Below, in pieces: positions 53,101 to 64,000 of a DNA stretch of 64,000 nucleotides. Each line of letters opens with the position of its first letter. The first letter of the stretch is position 1. The position numbers and the translations under genes were made by a program. Source of the stretch: Callorhinchus milii (taxonomy: Eukaryota). The stretch covers positions 72,418,001 to 72,482,000 of the forward strand of contig NW_024704742.1 of NCBI RefSeq assembly GCF_018977255.1, given 5' to 3'. The notes beneath the pieces are model-generated. The model did no database searches and was not told the origin of the DNA. It was given only the letters and a program-made list of their open reading frames with translations.

Positions 53101-56100
53101 TTAGGAGTCACAGATGTAGTTCTTTCCAGATTTAGATAAGCAGGATGCAACAACAACTTGCATTTACATAGCCCCCCTAACGCAGGGTAGGGTCATGCAG
53201 TGGCGGAGCACGACACCGAGCCAGGGCGAGTGGGGAAGTGACCATAGGCAAGGTTGAAGAGGAACGTCTTCAGGCATGTCCTGAAGATGGGAAAGGAAGG
53301 AGCAAAATGGAGTTAGATGAAGAATGTTTCAGAGTTTCGGGGCACAGAGGCTGAAATAGATCTGGGAGCCAGGGGAGCCTGGCTAGTACTATTTGAACTA
53401 TTTGGTGTGATGGGGGAACGGGGTTTAGTATGGGTGAGTATGTGGGTGGTGGAGTTTTGAATTAACTGGATCCTGTGCATGGTGAAGCTGGGGAGACTGG
53501 CAAAGAGAGAATTCGAGAAGTCGAGTCGGGAGGTGACAAACACATGGATGAGTGCTTCGGCTGTGCCTGGACAAAGTATGGTCGGAGGCGGGCAATGTGG
53601 CGGAGGTGGAAGAAGGCGGTCCTGGTCAGAGACCAGATGTGGGTAAGGAAGAACAGCCGCAGGTCGAACCTGATGCCTAGGTTGCGTTCCGGTTTGGTGA
53701 GTCTGAGGGAAAGGCTGGGGAGGTTGAGGAGGTTCGAGTCGCAGGACAGAAGATATTGACTGGGCCAAGGAGTATGGCTTACGTCTTGTCAATATTTAGG
53801 TATAAGACATTTGTGCTCATCGAGGCCCTGATGTCTGCCAGACAAGCCGACAGAACATCGGTGGACCTGGGGTCGTGGCTGGAGAAGAAGTAAATTTGTG
53901 TATCATCTGCACACATGTGGAAGTTTACCCCATGTCTACAGATGACATTGCCAAGATAGAGCATGTAGATGAGGAAGAGAAGGGGGCCAAGGATGGAGTC
54001 TTGGGGTACCCCGCAGCTGACGGGGCAGGAGGCAAAACTGTTTGAAGTGACAAAATGGAGGTAATTTGTTAGGTACAACAACAACAACAAAATTACATTT
54101 GTATAGCGCCTTTCATGTCGGGAGGACGTCCCAAAGCGCTGGACTGTCAGTGTTTTGAACCGAAACTGGGGGTCGGGATTGGGGAGGGTGGAGGGCAAGG
54201 GGGCGGGGGGCAGAAGGGTGATCAAAGGCACGGTCAAAGAGGAGGGTCTTGAGGTGGGTTTTGAAGGAGGCAAGGGAGGGGGTGAGGTGGAGAGACTGTG
54301 GGATGGAGTTCCAGAGGGTGGGGACAGAGTAGCTGAAGGCCCGTCTGCCAATGGTGTGGTGGGCGAGACGGAGAATGCGAAGCAGCCCAGAGCCTGCTGA
54401 GCGGAGGGAATGGGCAGGTTGTAAGGGGTTAGAAGGTCACAGCGGTAGGGGGGAGCAAGGCCATGGAGGGCTTTGAAGATAAGGACTAGGATCACGGAGC
54501 CTAGTGCGGGAGAGGACATGGGCTATAGAGGTGTAGATAATCTGCAGCGTATGGTGGGAGGAGTTGGGGAGGCCGATAATCAGGGAGTTTGCATAATCAA
54601 GGCTGGATGTTACGAATGCATGTATAAGGGTTTCAGTGGTGTGAGACACTGGTGGAGCCGGGCAATGTTGCGGAGGTGGGGGAAGGCAGAGCGGGTCAAG
54701 GCACGGATGTGGGGTAGAAAAGATAGTTGACGGTCAAACAAGATGCTAAGGTTCCGGACTGGCTCAGTGAGGTGGAGTGTGCAACCGTGGATGGTGATGC
54801 TGTCAGCGCCTGAGGTGAATCAGGAGAGCCTCGGTTTTGTTGACGTTCAACTGAAGAAAGTTACCTCTCATCCAGGACTTGAACCAGGCGAGTGCAGTCC
54901 CACTTAGGTAGATGAGGAAGGAGAGGCAGTGGATGAGGATAGTGTGATCGACTGTGTTGAACGCGATGGAGAGGTCTAGGAGGAAGTCTCTCCAGGGAGA
55001 TAGTGTGCGTTCCATTCCAACAAATTAGCTCTGGAATTTCCATGTGCAGGTGGAAATCTCAGCTTGGTTTGGATACTCTTAAGCATGGTGATAGGTTTCC
55101 GCATGTGTCAGACACCCGGCTGACCAAAAAAAACTGTGACAGGCTGACACCTGATACCTATTATATAAAAAATCCAGGGACTGACTTTGAGCGCTCAGCT
55201 GTACTTTGCAGAGCTATTTCTTCTTTCCTGTCACAACATGTGTAAATGGCAATTGTCAGAGTCTGCATTAAATACTTATTGCACTATGGCACTGAGACAA
55301 CATATCCCCGTATGAGGAATCTTATTAAAGTGCAGGTTGAGAGTGAGTACACTCTATCCACGTGCTGTTCTCACACAACAACACTGCTCTGAATCTTTTC
55401 TGTCAGTGCATTCAACTTTTAGTTATTTTGTATTTAAAACAAGAAAAAAAAAGTAAAACATGTAAGAATAATACTGAGCGGGAAGAGAAGGAGAATGAAG
55501 GAAAGTACTGTTGATCCAAAGTAGTTTGCCTAGGAACAATAAAGCAGAAATTCCATAGACTGAGAAAAGCGGACAGCTGGAGATCAGTGCAGCAGATGCC
55601 AACCTCAGTATGATAATAATAATTCTTGCATTTGATATTATGTTTTATTACATTGTCAAAATGTTTCAAAGCACTTCACAGAATTTACTGTAAAATGTAG
55701 CGAGTAAATTTGTATGCAGATGTGGCAGTCAATTTGTGTGCGGCAGTGTCCCATAATCAGCTATGAAGCGAATGATCAATTTTATCTCCCTTCACTTTTC
55801 AAACAGTGACATGGGATCTTTAACGTCTACCTGAACAAGCCGACAGGACCTCGGTTTAACATCTCACAATAATAACTCATCTCTGAGAATGCAATGCTCC
55901 CCCAGCACTGCGTTGGAGCGTTAGCCTGGACTTTGAGAGTTCAATGGTTTGCCTCGGAATACTACCAAATGAGCCAGGATGACAGCCTAAGATCTCTTTA
56001 GGGTCTAATCTTGTGCTCTTCTTAAATGTGCAAACAGTTAGAAATTAATTTGTGATCACCAATGTGAGTAAGAGGCAATGGAAGTTCATAAAGAATCTGA

Positions 56101-56375
56101 TCTTGTAGAATTGCAGTCAGAACCTCGGTTGAATTTGCAGGGATTGTCCAGTAACTAACTACATACAGCCTGCGATCAGAATGTGAAGACTGCAAATTAA
56201 ATCATTACAACTCCTCATTCACCCACAACAATAAATGCCTATAGACAGTAGCATTGCAGTTCTAATAATTGATGCTTAGTAGCTGGAGAAACAACTGAAA
56301 GGAAATAACTGTCTTACCTCCAAACAGCTCACAAGAACTTAGAAGCAAAAGAACAGCAAGAGCTAAGGACTTCAT
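38105..56375 (-). CDS. EMCN: Multi-exon endomucin-like type I membrane sialomucin (gene span, ~201 aa model)
   Basis: Manual splicing of phase-consistent GT-AG exons gives [201 protein letters not shown]. The tail aligns without gaps to the human EMCN tail as I recall it (GTPENGND-QPQSDKESVKLLTVKTISHES-GEHS). Orthology was not tested. Confidence 0.7.
38662..38744 (-). CDS. EMCN: Cytoplasmic exon ([28 protein letters not shown])
   Basis: Strong acceptor tttttattgttttatcttattctgttacag, phase-1 entry, donor GAT|GTATGT; GEES resembles EMCN GEHS. Confidence 0.7.
39291..39610 (-). mobile_element. Young tRNA-derived SINE
   Basis: Near-identical reverse complement of 869-1195; lies about 40 nt from an EMCN-like exon donor. 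Confidence 0.92.
39651..39712 (-). CDS. EMCN: Cytoplasmic exon with EMCN/ECSCR-type motif ([20 protein letters not shown])
   Basis: Acceptor ttttttcaccaattaatctag, donor CTG|GTATGT, 62 nt, phase 2 to 1. [10 protein letters not shown] resembles EMCN KESVKLLTVK and ECSCR KDSITLISMK (both recalled). Confidence 0.8.
40615..40815 (+). mobile_element. L2 lineage A 3' tail; similar short tails at 9229-9300, 13305-13447, 13586-13650, 21268-21323(-), 21833-21905(-), 62381-62450(-)
   Basis: Shared CAGC(A/G)CCTTGGGA...GTGAAAGG(C/G)GCTATACAAATGTAATTTTG(TTG)n. Confidence 0.8.
41785..41809 (-). CDS. EMCN: Cytoplasmic micro-exon (ETNDGTSD)
   Basis: Acceptor ttttctttatttaaacag, donor CAT|GTGAGT, 25 nt, phase 1 to 2. 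Confidence 0.7.
42336..42455 (-). CDS. EMCN: Transmembrane exon ([40 protein letters not shown])
   Basis: Acceptor gttcttgtttctctcatatcag; 20-aa hydrophobic helix followed by a basic/Cys stop-transfer segment. Donor AAG|GTGCAG is weak and was chosen because it keeps the downstream frame open. Confidence 0.75.
42570..42658. repeat. 30-bp minisatellite, about 3 copies
   Basis: ATACTGCAGCTAATAACATGAACC(C/A)CATTA repeated three times. Confidence 0.9.
43015..43095 (-). CDS. EMCN: Membrane-proximal stalk exon ([27 protein letters not shown])
   Basis: Acceptor ctttacaattactag, donor CTC|GTAAGA, 81 nt, phase 1-1, NDT and NVS sequons. Confidence 0.75.
45108..45182 (-). CDS. EMCN: Mucin-stalk exon ([25 protein letters not shown])
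   Basis: Acceptor ttattaccacag, donor CAG|GTGAGC, 75 nt, phase 1-1, NSS sequon. Confidence 0.75.
45901..46005. mobile_element. Small Tc1/mariner-pogo (Tigger-like) MITE
   Basis: TA flanks; imperfect TIRs CACTGAAAGCCGTTTAAACCAG and TCTGGCTAAAGCGGTTTCCACAG. Confidence 0.45.
46530..46598 (-). CDS. EMCN: Mucin-stalk exon ([23 protein letters not shown])
   Basis: Acceptor ctctcctcttattacag, donor CTG|GTAAAG, 69 nt, phase 1-1, S/T-rich. Confidence 0.75.
46895..47770 (-). mobile_element. L2 lineage B fragment
   Basis: Reverse-complement match to ~2570-3365; [28 protein letters not shown]. Confidence 0.88.
49115..49552 (+). mobile_element. Two SINE copies: a 3' part (49115-49280) and an internally deleted long-subfamily copy (49333-49552)
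   Basis: Family head and tail motifs. Confidence 0.8.
50488..50820 (-). mobile_element. tRNA-derived SINE, longer subfamily
   Basis: Family motifs plus the extra internal segment. Confidence 0.85.
50851..50874 (-). CDS. EMCN: Putative micro-exon (APNLNSEI)
   Basis: Long polypyrimidine acceptor (tattttgtcttcatcctgttcacttccatcag), donor TTG|GTAACC, 24 nt, phase 1-1. Confidence 0.45.
51353..51562. mobile_element. Penelope-like terminal-repeat fragments in inverted arrangement
   Basis: 51353-51402 is an inverted partial copy of 51425-51490; degenerate hammerhead core at 51430-51454. Confidence 0.6.
52750..54990 (-). mobile_element. Cluster of L2 fragments: lineage A 52750-53110, lineage B 53150-54075 and 54876-54990, nested lineage A 54076-54875
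   Basis: [41 protein letters not shown]; three 3' tails with (CAA)n on the plus strand. Confidence 0.88.
56318..56375 (-). CDS. EMCN: Endomucin-like exon 1: signal peptide [19 protein letters not shown]
   Basis: ATG plus hydrophobic leader, ending at a strong phase-1 donor GAG|GTAAGA; 58 nt. Confidence 0.8.
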
Positions 56376-56485
56376 GATTCTGTGCCCTTGTCCTGAGAGC
56401 CAAATGTTGCTCTTTTCCCAGTGATGTAATGTAGAGTAGCAGAAAAGCTTCAGCACAAACCCTGGCCACTCCTGATTATTTTGGG

Positions 56486-56513
56486 ACTTCCTTTGATAAA
56501 GAACAGAGGAAAT
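56486..56513 (-). promoter_or_regulatory. ETS-GATA-ETS motif cluster upstream of the endomucin-like ATG
   Basis: ACTTCCT (56486-56492), TGATAA (56494-56499) and AGGAAAT (56507-56513), 110-140 nt upstream of the ATG. Confidence 0.35.
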
Positions 56514-57269
56514 ACACTTATTCCCACTGAGAATTCAGCTGAAGGAGTATTTCTGCTTAAGCTTTTTATGGTTCGTTTTCTCTCCGGGAGAGTTGTTGTG
56601 GATCAGAAAGGGGCTGTGATTTTTTTAAACTAAGGATGGCAACTGCAGCAAGTACATATTCTGACAATACCCCTCGGCTCATTATACGCCAAGGTCTTTT
56701 AAAATCCAATTAGTCGCAAAGTGTATGTCAAAAGAAAATACATGAGCTGCACTTAAATACTAAACTTCTAATGTTACATAAGATCCCTTTTGTTGCATGT
56801 AATGGTAATGTGGGTTTTGTAGGCTGTGCATAATGTCTTGACCTAATGAGGTGAGAAATATCTAGTCAGTCTGGCCTTTCAGCCCAGAGTTTCGCAGATT
56901 GAATTCACTTGGCTAAAGTTTACTTGGCTGTCACTGAGAGCAGAGCACAAGCAATTGCTTGATACTGTCCATGGTTCTCCCCCTGCCCCTAAAACACTGG
57001 ATAAACTGAACTGTTACATCTGCTTCAACAAATTCCAGGCTTAATTGTTTTTAATTGTAGTGACCTAATTATTTCATGCCATGGCAAAAAAAACATCTGA
57101 TTATGTGGGAAGAGAGAGGTACTGTCTGCCTACATTAGTCCTGAACGTTGCTTCAAACTGACCGTACAAACTTCTGACCCAGCCTGCAAAGATGGTTTAA
57201 CCCTTAGAGAAATGGTGTAATGTATCCAGGCAGATAATATTCACATTTACTGGATAATAATAAATAATA

Positions 57270-57680
57270 ATCTGTGCATTTGATATAGTGCCTAACCATG
57301 TTGTTGGACCTTCTCAAAGCGTTTCACAGGATTTACTATAAAGAACAGTTCCTTGTATTTGTGGACGAATGCAGCAATCAATTTTCACGCAGCAATGTCC
57401 CACAAACAGCCATGACCATTTTATTTCATGGATAACTAACCAATGACAACTTCCTTCACTTTTCAAGTAGTGCCATGGTATCTTTAATGTCCAACTTAAC
57501 AGGTAGATGAGACTTACATTTAACGTCTTATCCGAAGAGCAGCAACTCTGATAATGCAGTACTGCCTCAGCACTGTATTGGAGTGTTTGCCTAAGACAGT
57601 GAGTTCAAAGTCTTGATGTGGGGCTCAAACCATACCCTTCTGACTCAAAAGCGAGAGAGATGCCAACTAAGCCGGGCTAA
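57270..57680 (-). mobile_element. Older full-length DeuSINE-like element; further copies at ~5440-5750(-), 12640-12965(+), 30230-30645(-), 38250-38470(+), 45445-45725(-), 49860-50180(+), 51945-52250(+), 55615-55985(-), 58410-58800(+), 61405-61620(+), 61690-62120(-)
   Basis: Recurrent diverged tRNA-like head, core resembling GCACTGTCGGAGGTGCCGTCCTTCGGATGAGATGTTAAACCGAGGTCCTGTCTGCCTGTTCAGGTGGACGTTAAAGATCCCATGGCACTATTTGAA (my consensus across copies), and the same 3' tail. Confidence 0.75.
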
Positions 57681-60600
57681 CGCCAGTGGTGGATATGAAG
57701 AAATCTATTTCAGACACATACATTTCTCAGATCCTACTTTTAAAATAACCAGGAATATATTTAGTGCCCTTTTTTCCTGTCTGTGTTCCTCAGTCAATAT
57801 TGCCTCAGTGTTCAATTAGCAGACCCTGAGGAAGACAATGTGCCTGTGAATACACGATGGACATTGATTTATTGAATTACTTTGTACCAAACAGGCTCTG
57901 AAACTGTTCACGTGCACCAGAAAGAAAAACATGGACAAAGGTCACTCAAAATGCTACCCAAATTTTAGCAAGTGTCTGAAAGGAGGTTTTCTGAGCAGTG
58001 CTTTCATACAACTTGAGAACTGGCAGCATGTCTACACCTGAATTTGCAAAGCTTCGTAACTACAGTATCTCTAGTGGCGATAACTGAAACTATGAAACAG
58101 CATTTGCAATATTCAATATTAAACACTAAATGACCACTAGGAGACAGCAGCCATCCCAGAGAGCGATCTCTCCTAACTATAGAACTTGAATTTAATTGTA
58201 CATTGTAGATTAGGCTCAAGGAGGAGATAAAATCTATGCCCTTTCTGGGTTCCAAATTAGTCTTTACCATTCCAGTGGCCTAACCATGATAATTGACACC
58301 ACAAATTCCTATGAAACAACACAGAGTTTACCCCTATTTGTGAGTAACAATATAACTGCCTCAAACACCTTTACATTGTAGTTTGAGTATATTTATCAGT
58401 CTGACAGTGATCTTGCCTCTGAGTCAAAAGGTGGTGGGTTCAAGTTCCCTATCGCAACTTTAATCTCACAAGTGAAGGTTGACACTCCAATGCAATGCCA
58501 AAGGTGTGCTCATTGTTAGAGATGCCATCCTTCAGTCAGATGTTAAAACTGATGTCCTGTTTGCCTATTAGTTGCTTGTTAAAGATCCCATGGCGCTATC
58601 TGAAAAGAGAAGGGAATTTCTCCTGATATCCTGGCTAACAGTCAATTAAAATTGGCCACTGATTTCATGGCTGTTTGTGAAACATTGCTGTGTGCAAATT
58701 GGCTGCCTCCAATACAACTACACAGTCAAGGTAAGATCCCTTGAAGCGCTTCGAAACATCTTGACAGCGTGATCCAAGTAAAATGCAAAGATTATTATTA
58801 TAGAGCCTGGGGTATTTCAAAGTCTGAAACAAATGAATCTTTATTATGAAGAGGTAAAATTGAGATTGTTCAGGCAAACTCAGTTGGAGTTTGAGCCCAA
58901 GTCTGTTGTAAGATACAACTGATTGTCATGCAGCTCATGCAAGCAACAATGGAACAGTAATGATTCAACGGAAAGACAGCAGCACAAAAGAAGTGAAGTG
59001 TCTGTAGCAAATTAGTCACAAACTCCACATCCAATCTTTACAACGTGAGCAATTTTCAAAATGTCCTCACATTGGACATCTCTCTCAAATAAACCAGATC
59101 TGTGCTGACTTCGGGTGAGGGGGTGGGGAAATTGACATTTTCACATCAGGTGGACATCTCAAAGCACTTCAGAGATATACTGTAAGGTGCAGTGACTATG
59201 TGTTTTGTGAGCGAATATGTGTAGAATGATTCTGTGCATCACAAGCAACCTGCATGGTTATGGAATGGTGCCCTTTGTGAGTCTTATACTGGGATTACAA
59301 TAGTGTTAGTAAACATATTTTCACATGTTTGTAATCTGTTACATCTAAGAAATGGTGAAAAATTGGTGCTGTGTGAACGCTTTCTGTTTAGCCTTAAGAA
59401 AATAGATGACTCTGTAATGATTCTTTTATCCGCAGTACATTTGTTACCTCTTGGATGCTATTAAAAGTTAAACACCTACACAATGCCAGTATAATCATAC
59501 TTGTAGCCCCAAAACGGCCTCAGGTTTAGAAATTAATGTTTACAGTTTCGATGCAATTTGCTGACAGCAGCAACTTGCACTGAATAATAATAATACTTGC
59601 ATTTGATATAGCATTTTTCACTTCTTCTAGATGTCTCAAAGCGCTTCACAGAATATATTAGCACCATTCATGCAGGAAAATGGCTCAAGCTGCTTCACAG
59701 AAATAGAGTAGGAGCTCAAGCAGGGTGGGAAATAGGGGCATTAGTAGGGAGGTGTCCAAAGCACAGCTAAAGAAATAGGATTTCAGATGGGTTTTGAAAG
59801 CGAAGTGGGAGGGCACAAAGTAAATCAATCTAAGGAGAGAGTTTCAGAGAGCAGGCATGGTGGCTGCAATCTCACCCACCAATAGTACGGTGGAAGAGAG
59901 ACTACATGTCTGAGAAGAAGTGGATGGGTGAGTAGGACTGCAGGCGATCACAGAAATTGTATACGTAATGCTGCAACTTTCAAAGAGGATGATTCTAGAG
60001 TGCAATTCAGTGAGCACATCACATGACAGACACTGCAGTTCTATCAATGTCAAATAATTGATTGGTGACATGTAAATGAGGATCGTACGTGCTGCATTTC
60101 TGTTGTGACTTGGCTGCTGTAAAGCTGTTGCCAATACTAAAATTCTAATGAAATGAGAGACTTGGTGCTGTTCAATAACAACTGAAAAGGTCAGCATTCA
60201 ATAGGAACCTATAACAACACACGCTGGTATTTCATGGAGAAAATGAGTGACTGTCTTATTTTAGTCAGGACTGCCCAATAATTGGTTTAATTGGTGCTTC
60301 AGTCATTGTGCCCTAATCTATTGTGCCTGTATTTAATTCACTGCGAAAATTGTGAATCTTCAATAATTCTGCCAAAAGTGCAATTAATGCAAATTGAACC
60401 CTATCCATCAGTCAGTAACTAATACCACTGTATACCATCTGTATAGATCAACTGTCAATCAACTTTTTGTATGATATAAACCATTGAAATGTGTTAGTTT
60501 ATTGCCAAATGCATGTTAATATTATTTGTTCCTCATTCAATTAAACAGCTGACGCAGTAACAAGTAAAATTTTCACTGTCCGCAATTTCAGCCAAGGAAT

Positions 60601-62467
60601 TAGAAAAGCTGCACATAGCACTTGGCTCATTCTGACAGAAATCAGTTTGTCTCTTGGCCTTTCATAGTAGTTAACAATCTTTTTGTTTTGTTTTGTTCTA
60701 TTTACCCAGCATCCGAGGTTAACCAATGTCCAGTTGAAGGAATGATTCAATCCCTTCCATCTTTTATTATCAATTAACAATAAATGAGCAACATTGCTCA
60801 ATTACAAATAACCTTTAAATCTATTAGACCTTCACACCCGTTGCCACTGAGCAGTTTCAAGGTATCTCATAAATCACTGAGCCAAAAGTACAAATCGTCA
60901 AGTGTTTACAGTTCAGAATGGAGCAAATATAACTCATTCTAAACATCATCACTTCCATGGAAAACTTTTTGTTTGGTATACTGTTAAAGGAAGTCGTATT
61001 ATTTCCATGTCAAACTACTGCCAAAGATCAAAGGGACATGCTGGAGTTTAAGGGAAGGGCTCTTCCTGAAACGATCCTGAAAATGTGTTGGATGTGAATC
61101 AGTTCCTTCCACTGTCCACCACTCTTTGCATGGTCACACAAGCATTTTCTACACATGGGGAATATAGTGTTAATCATGTTATAAATAATAACAAATGCAT
61201 GCAACAAATCTATTTTATTAAAAACATTAAAAACATAAAATTTCTTTTTATTCACCGATTACCCAGAAGAAAATATTGACCCATTCAATAAATTAGAAAG
61301 CTTGGTTACTAATCCTGCATGATTCTGACATATTTGATGAATTATGATCTTTTGTTTATTAGAAAACTAGTTGTATAAAGTCTGTAAAGTGTGAGGTGTG
61401 ACAGCATGGCTCACTTGGAAGTACTTTGATCTTTGGGTCAGAAGGTTGTGAGTTCAACACCCATTTCTGGAAGGCCGGGGTCAAGTCTATTATTCCAGTG
61501 CAGAGCTAGGAAAATGCTATATTGTCAGAGATGCTGTCCTTCAGATGAGACAATAAACCAAGCTTGCATCTTCCTGTTCAGTTGGATGTTAAAAATCCTA
61601 TGACACTATTTGAAAAGATTGTCACTTACTGTGCTTCTCTTATAGTTGAAACTAATTGTTTTATCCAATTCTGATACATAGAAGTAATGATAATAATAAT
61701 CTTTGTATTTGATATCACATCATCACAACATCTCAATGCACCACATAGGATTTACTGTAAATTGTAGTGACTGTCACAGGATTTATATCTGGTGACTGCA
61801 TTTTGTAGGTGAGTGCGGCAGCCAAGTTGGGCACTGCAATTTTCTTTCAACAGCTGTGAAGTGAATGATTAATTTTATCTGGTGGATTGTTGGCCAGGAT
61901 ACTACGGAGAAACTGTATAGTCTTTTAAAATACAGTAGTGCTATAAGCAGGCAGACGGGAACTCAATTTAACATCCCACTCAAAGGACAGCTCCCAACAA
62001 TGCAGCAATACCATTGCACTGGAGTGCCAGCCTGGATGTGAGCTCAATTCCCAATGTGGGATGTGATCTAACAATCTTCTGATTCAGAGGCAAGAGTGCT
62101 ACCAAGTGAGCCAGGCTGACAGCGAAGGAGATATTGTAGCTAAATTTGAATAATGAGTAAACAATGAAGCAACTAACTAATAGATCATTCACAACACTTA
62201 ACAATTACAACACAAAGTGAAAAGAATGACCCTGGTTTGTGTGTTTTACCATTTTGCATTTGTCATTGCACCGATTTCAGATATGTTTGATGCTAAAAAC
62301 GTGAATATACAACAGTTCTTCAGCATATATACTGGCCTCCAGGATTAGCTTTAACCACTAAAGCTCTCAGACGTTCCCATACAACAACAACAACAACAAG
62401 ATTCCATTTATAAAGCGCCTTTCACGTCAGGAGGACGTCCCAAGGCGCTGATACACATGTTTCGGAA

Positions 62468-62633
62468 TCAGCAAAACGCAAAATACTGCAAATGCTGGAA
62501 ATCTGAAAACAAAAACAGAAGTGGCTGGGAACACTCAGCAGGTCAGGGGTCGTTGACCCAAAATGTTGACTCACTTTCCTTTCTCCATAGATGCTGCCTG
62601 ACCTGCTGAGTGTTCCCAGCGACTTCTGTTTTT
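62468..62633. mobile_element. Penelope-like terminal repeat forming a 37-bp inverted repeat
   Basis: Arms 62511-62547 and 62597-62633 are reverse complements with one mismatch. Confidence 0.65.
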
Positions 62634-63648
62634 ATAGGAGTCAATACTGACTTCACTGGAATATTTAGTTGCCAGTCATTCCCAGCTTGTAGCCAGATCT
62701 CTGTAACAGCTACAATAGCTGAATTTATGCTTCAAACTCACTTGTTTTACTTCTTATGCTACCTGAATTTGTGTACAAAACACTTACTCTGGTAACTGAC
62801 CCCATTCTGCCCTTATGCCTTGATGGTGTTTTTCTCACACTTTTTAACTTGTCACACTTTTTGTGTTTATTTTCTATGACCCTTTTTTCTTCTCGGAGTA
62901 TTTATGTTTCCTTTATCACGTTTTGTACTCTGACCTTTGCTCTTATTCTTATTTTTAGTTAACTGTTATTCCTACCCAAACCTTCTCCCATTTACTAGTT
63001 TAAAGCCCTTTTCAAAGTCCTATTTATCCTTTCCGTTAGGACCTTGGTCAAATGTCTCAGGTGTAACCCATCCCAGCAGTACAGCTCCTTTCTGTGCCAG
63101 TACTGGTGCCAGTGTCCATGAAATGGAAACCCTCTTTCCCACACCACTCTTTCAGCCATTCATTTACTTTTCGTATCTGTGATGTTTCACCTCTCAAAAG
63201 CAGTTTAAGGAGCATGCATATTGGATTTCAGAATAGTGCTTTTAGTAGACAACTGGACTAAATACTTTTAATCTGCAGTTTGCGACTGCGGGTGTATTAC
63301 AGTGAACTCCTGATAATGAGACCCTGTCTTATATAATCACATGGCTTATATCATCATGCAGTCAATATCCCGGCAGCTTTCCAGACAAAATGTGAATAAG
63401 GGGCTCCCCCCCACCACCACCACCCCCTTATTTCATCACCTGCTTATAACACAAAGTTGATTCTATACATTCCAGTAAGTAAAATAGCAGAAATATCAAC
63501 AGAACAAGGTGAGATGCTGGACCTCTCACAATGAGCGACCTGGAAAAGGTTGCCCTCGCCCTCAGCCACCCACGTGGTGGCTGTTTTGACTGTTGTGACA
63601 ACATCTCTGTGAGTAAAAATGCTTAGCTTCTGTGAGGTTCTGCCTGAT

Positions 63649-63975
63649 TGTGGAGTCCTGTAGCTCAGTGGTTAGAGCACTCGCTTTGCAAGCGAGAGAC
63701 CTGAGTTCAATTCCAGGCAGAGGGCGAAACCTTGGGCAAGTTTCCTTACTCCACACAGAGCCTAATAATAATCCCTCCAAAACCAAAAATAATAATAAAT
63801 TGGTCATTTTCAATCTACGACTGTTTGTGGGACATTGCTGTGCGCAATTGTCTGCCGCGTTCACCCACAAATATACAGTCAATTCACTTTACAGTGTGTT
63901 CTGTGAAGTGCTTTGGGATGTCCTCCTGACATTAAAAGCGCTATATCAAATGCAAGGATTATTATTATTATTGTT
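63649..63975 (+). mobile_element. Young tRNA-derived SINE
   Basis: Near-identical to 869-1195. Confidence 0.92.
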
Positions 63976-64000
63976 AAAGTCTGAGTATTCAGGTTGTTAA

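Overview
Repeat-dense vertebrate genomic DNA, probably a cartilaginous fish. This is inferred from the repeat mix: tRNA/Deu-type SINEs, L2 and CR1 LINEs, and shark-type Penelope terminal repeats. Almost every ORF in the supplied track is a transposon remnant or chance. The one host gene I can reconstruct lies on the minus strand (ATG at 56375, probable stop at 38105) as about 10 short, phase-consistent GT-AG exons. It encodes a ~200-aa type I membrane sialomucin with a signal peptide, S/T-rich ectodomain, transmembrane helix and a cytoplasmic [11 protein letters not shown]...GEESF motif, most similar to endomucin (EMCN; ECSCR-related). Other content: a decayed 5'-truncated Ty3/Gypsy element (~21.2-24.7 kb) with nested insertions, at least two L2 lineages, young and old SINEs that share an L2 3' stem-loop, CR1 fragments, Penelope-like repeats with degenerate hammerhead-ribozyme cores, a MITE and unclassified repeats. 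I found no prokaryote-type system or CRISPR array and cannot support a wholly new biological system. The best leads are the divergent endomucin-like gene and the RNA-structure signals in the retroelements.
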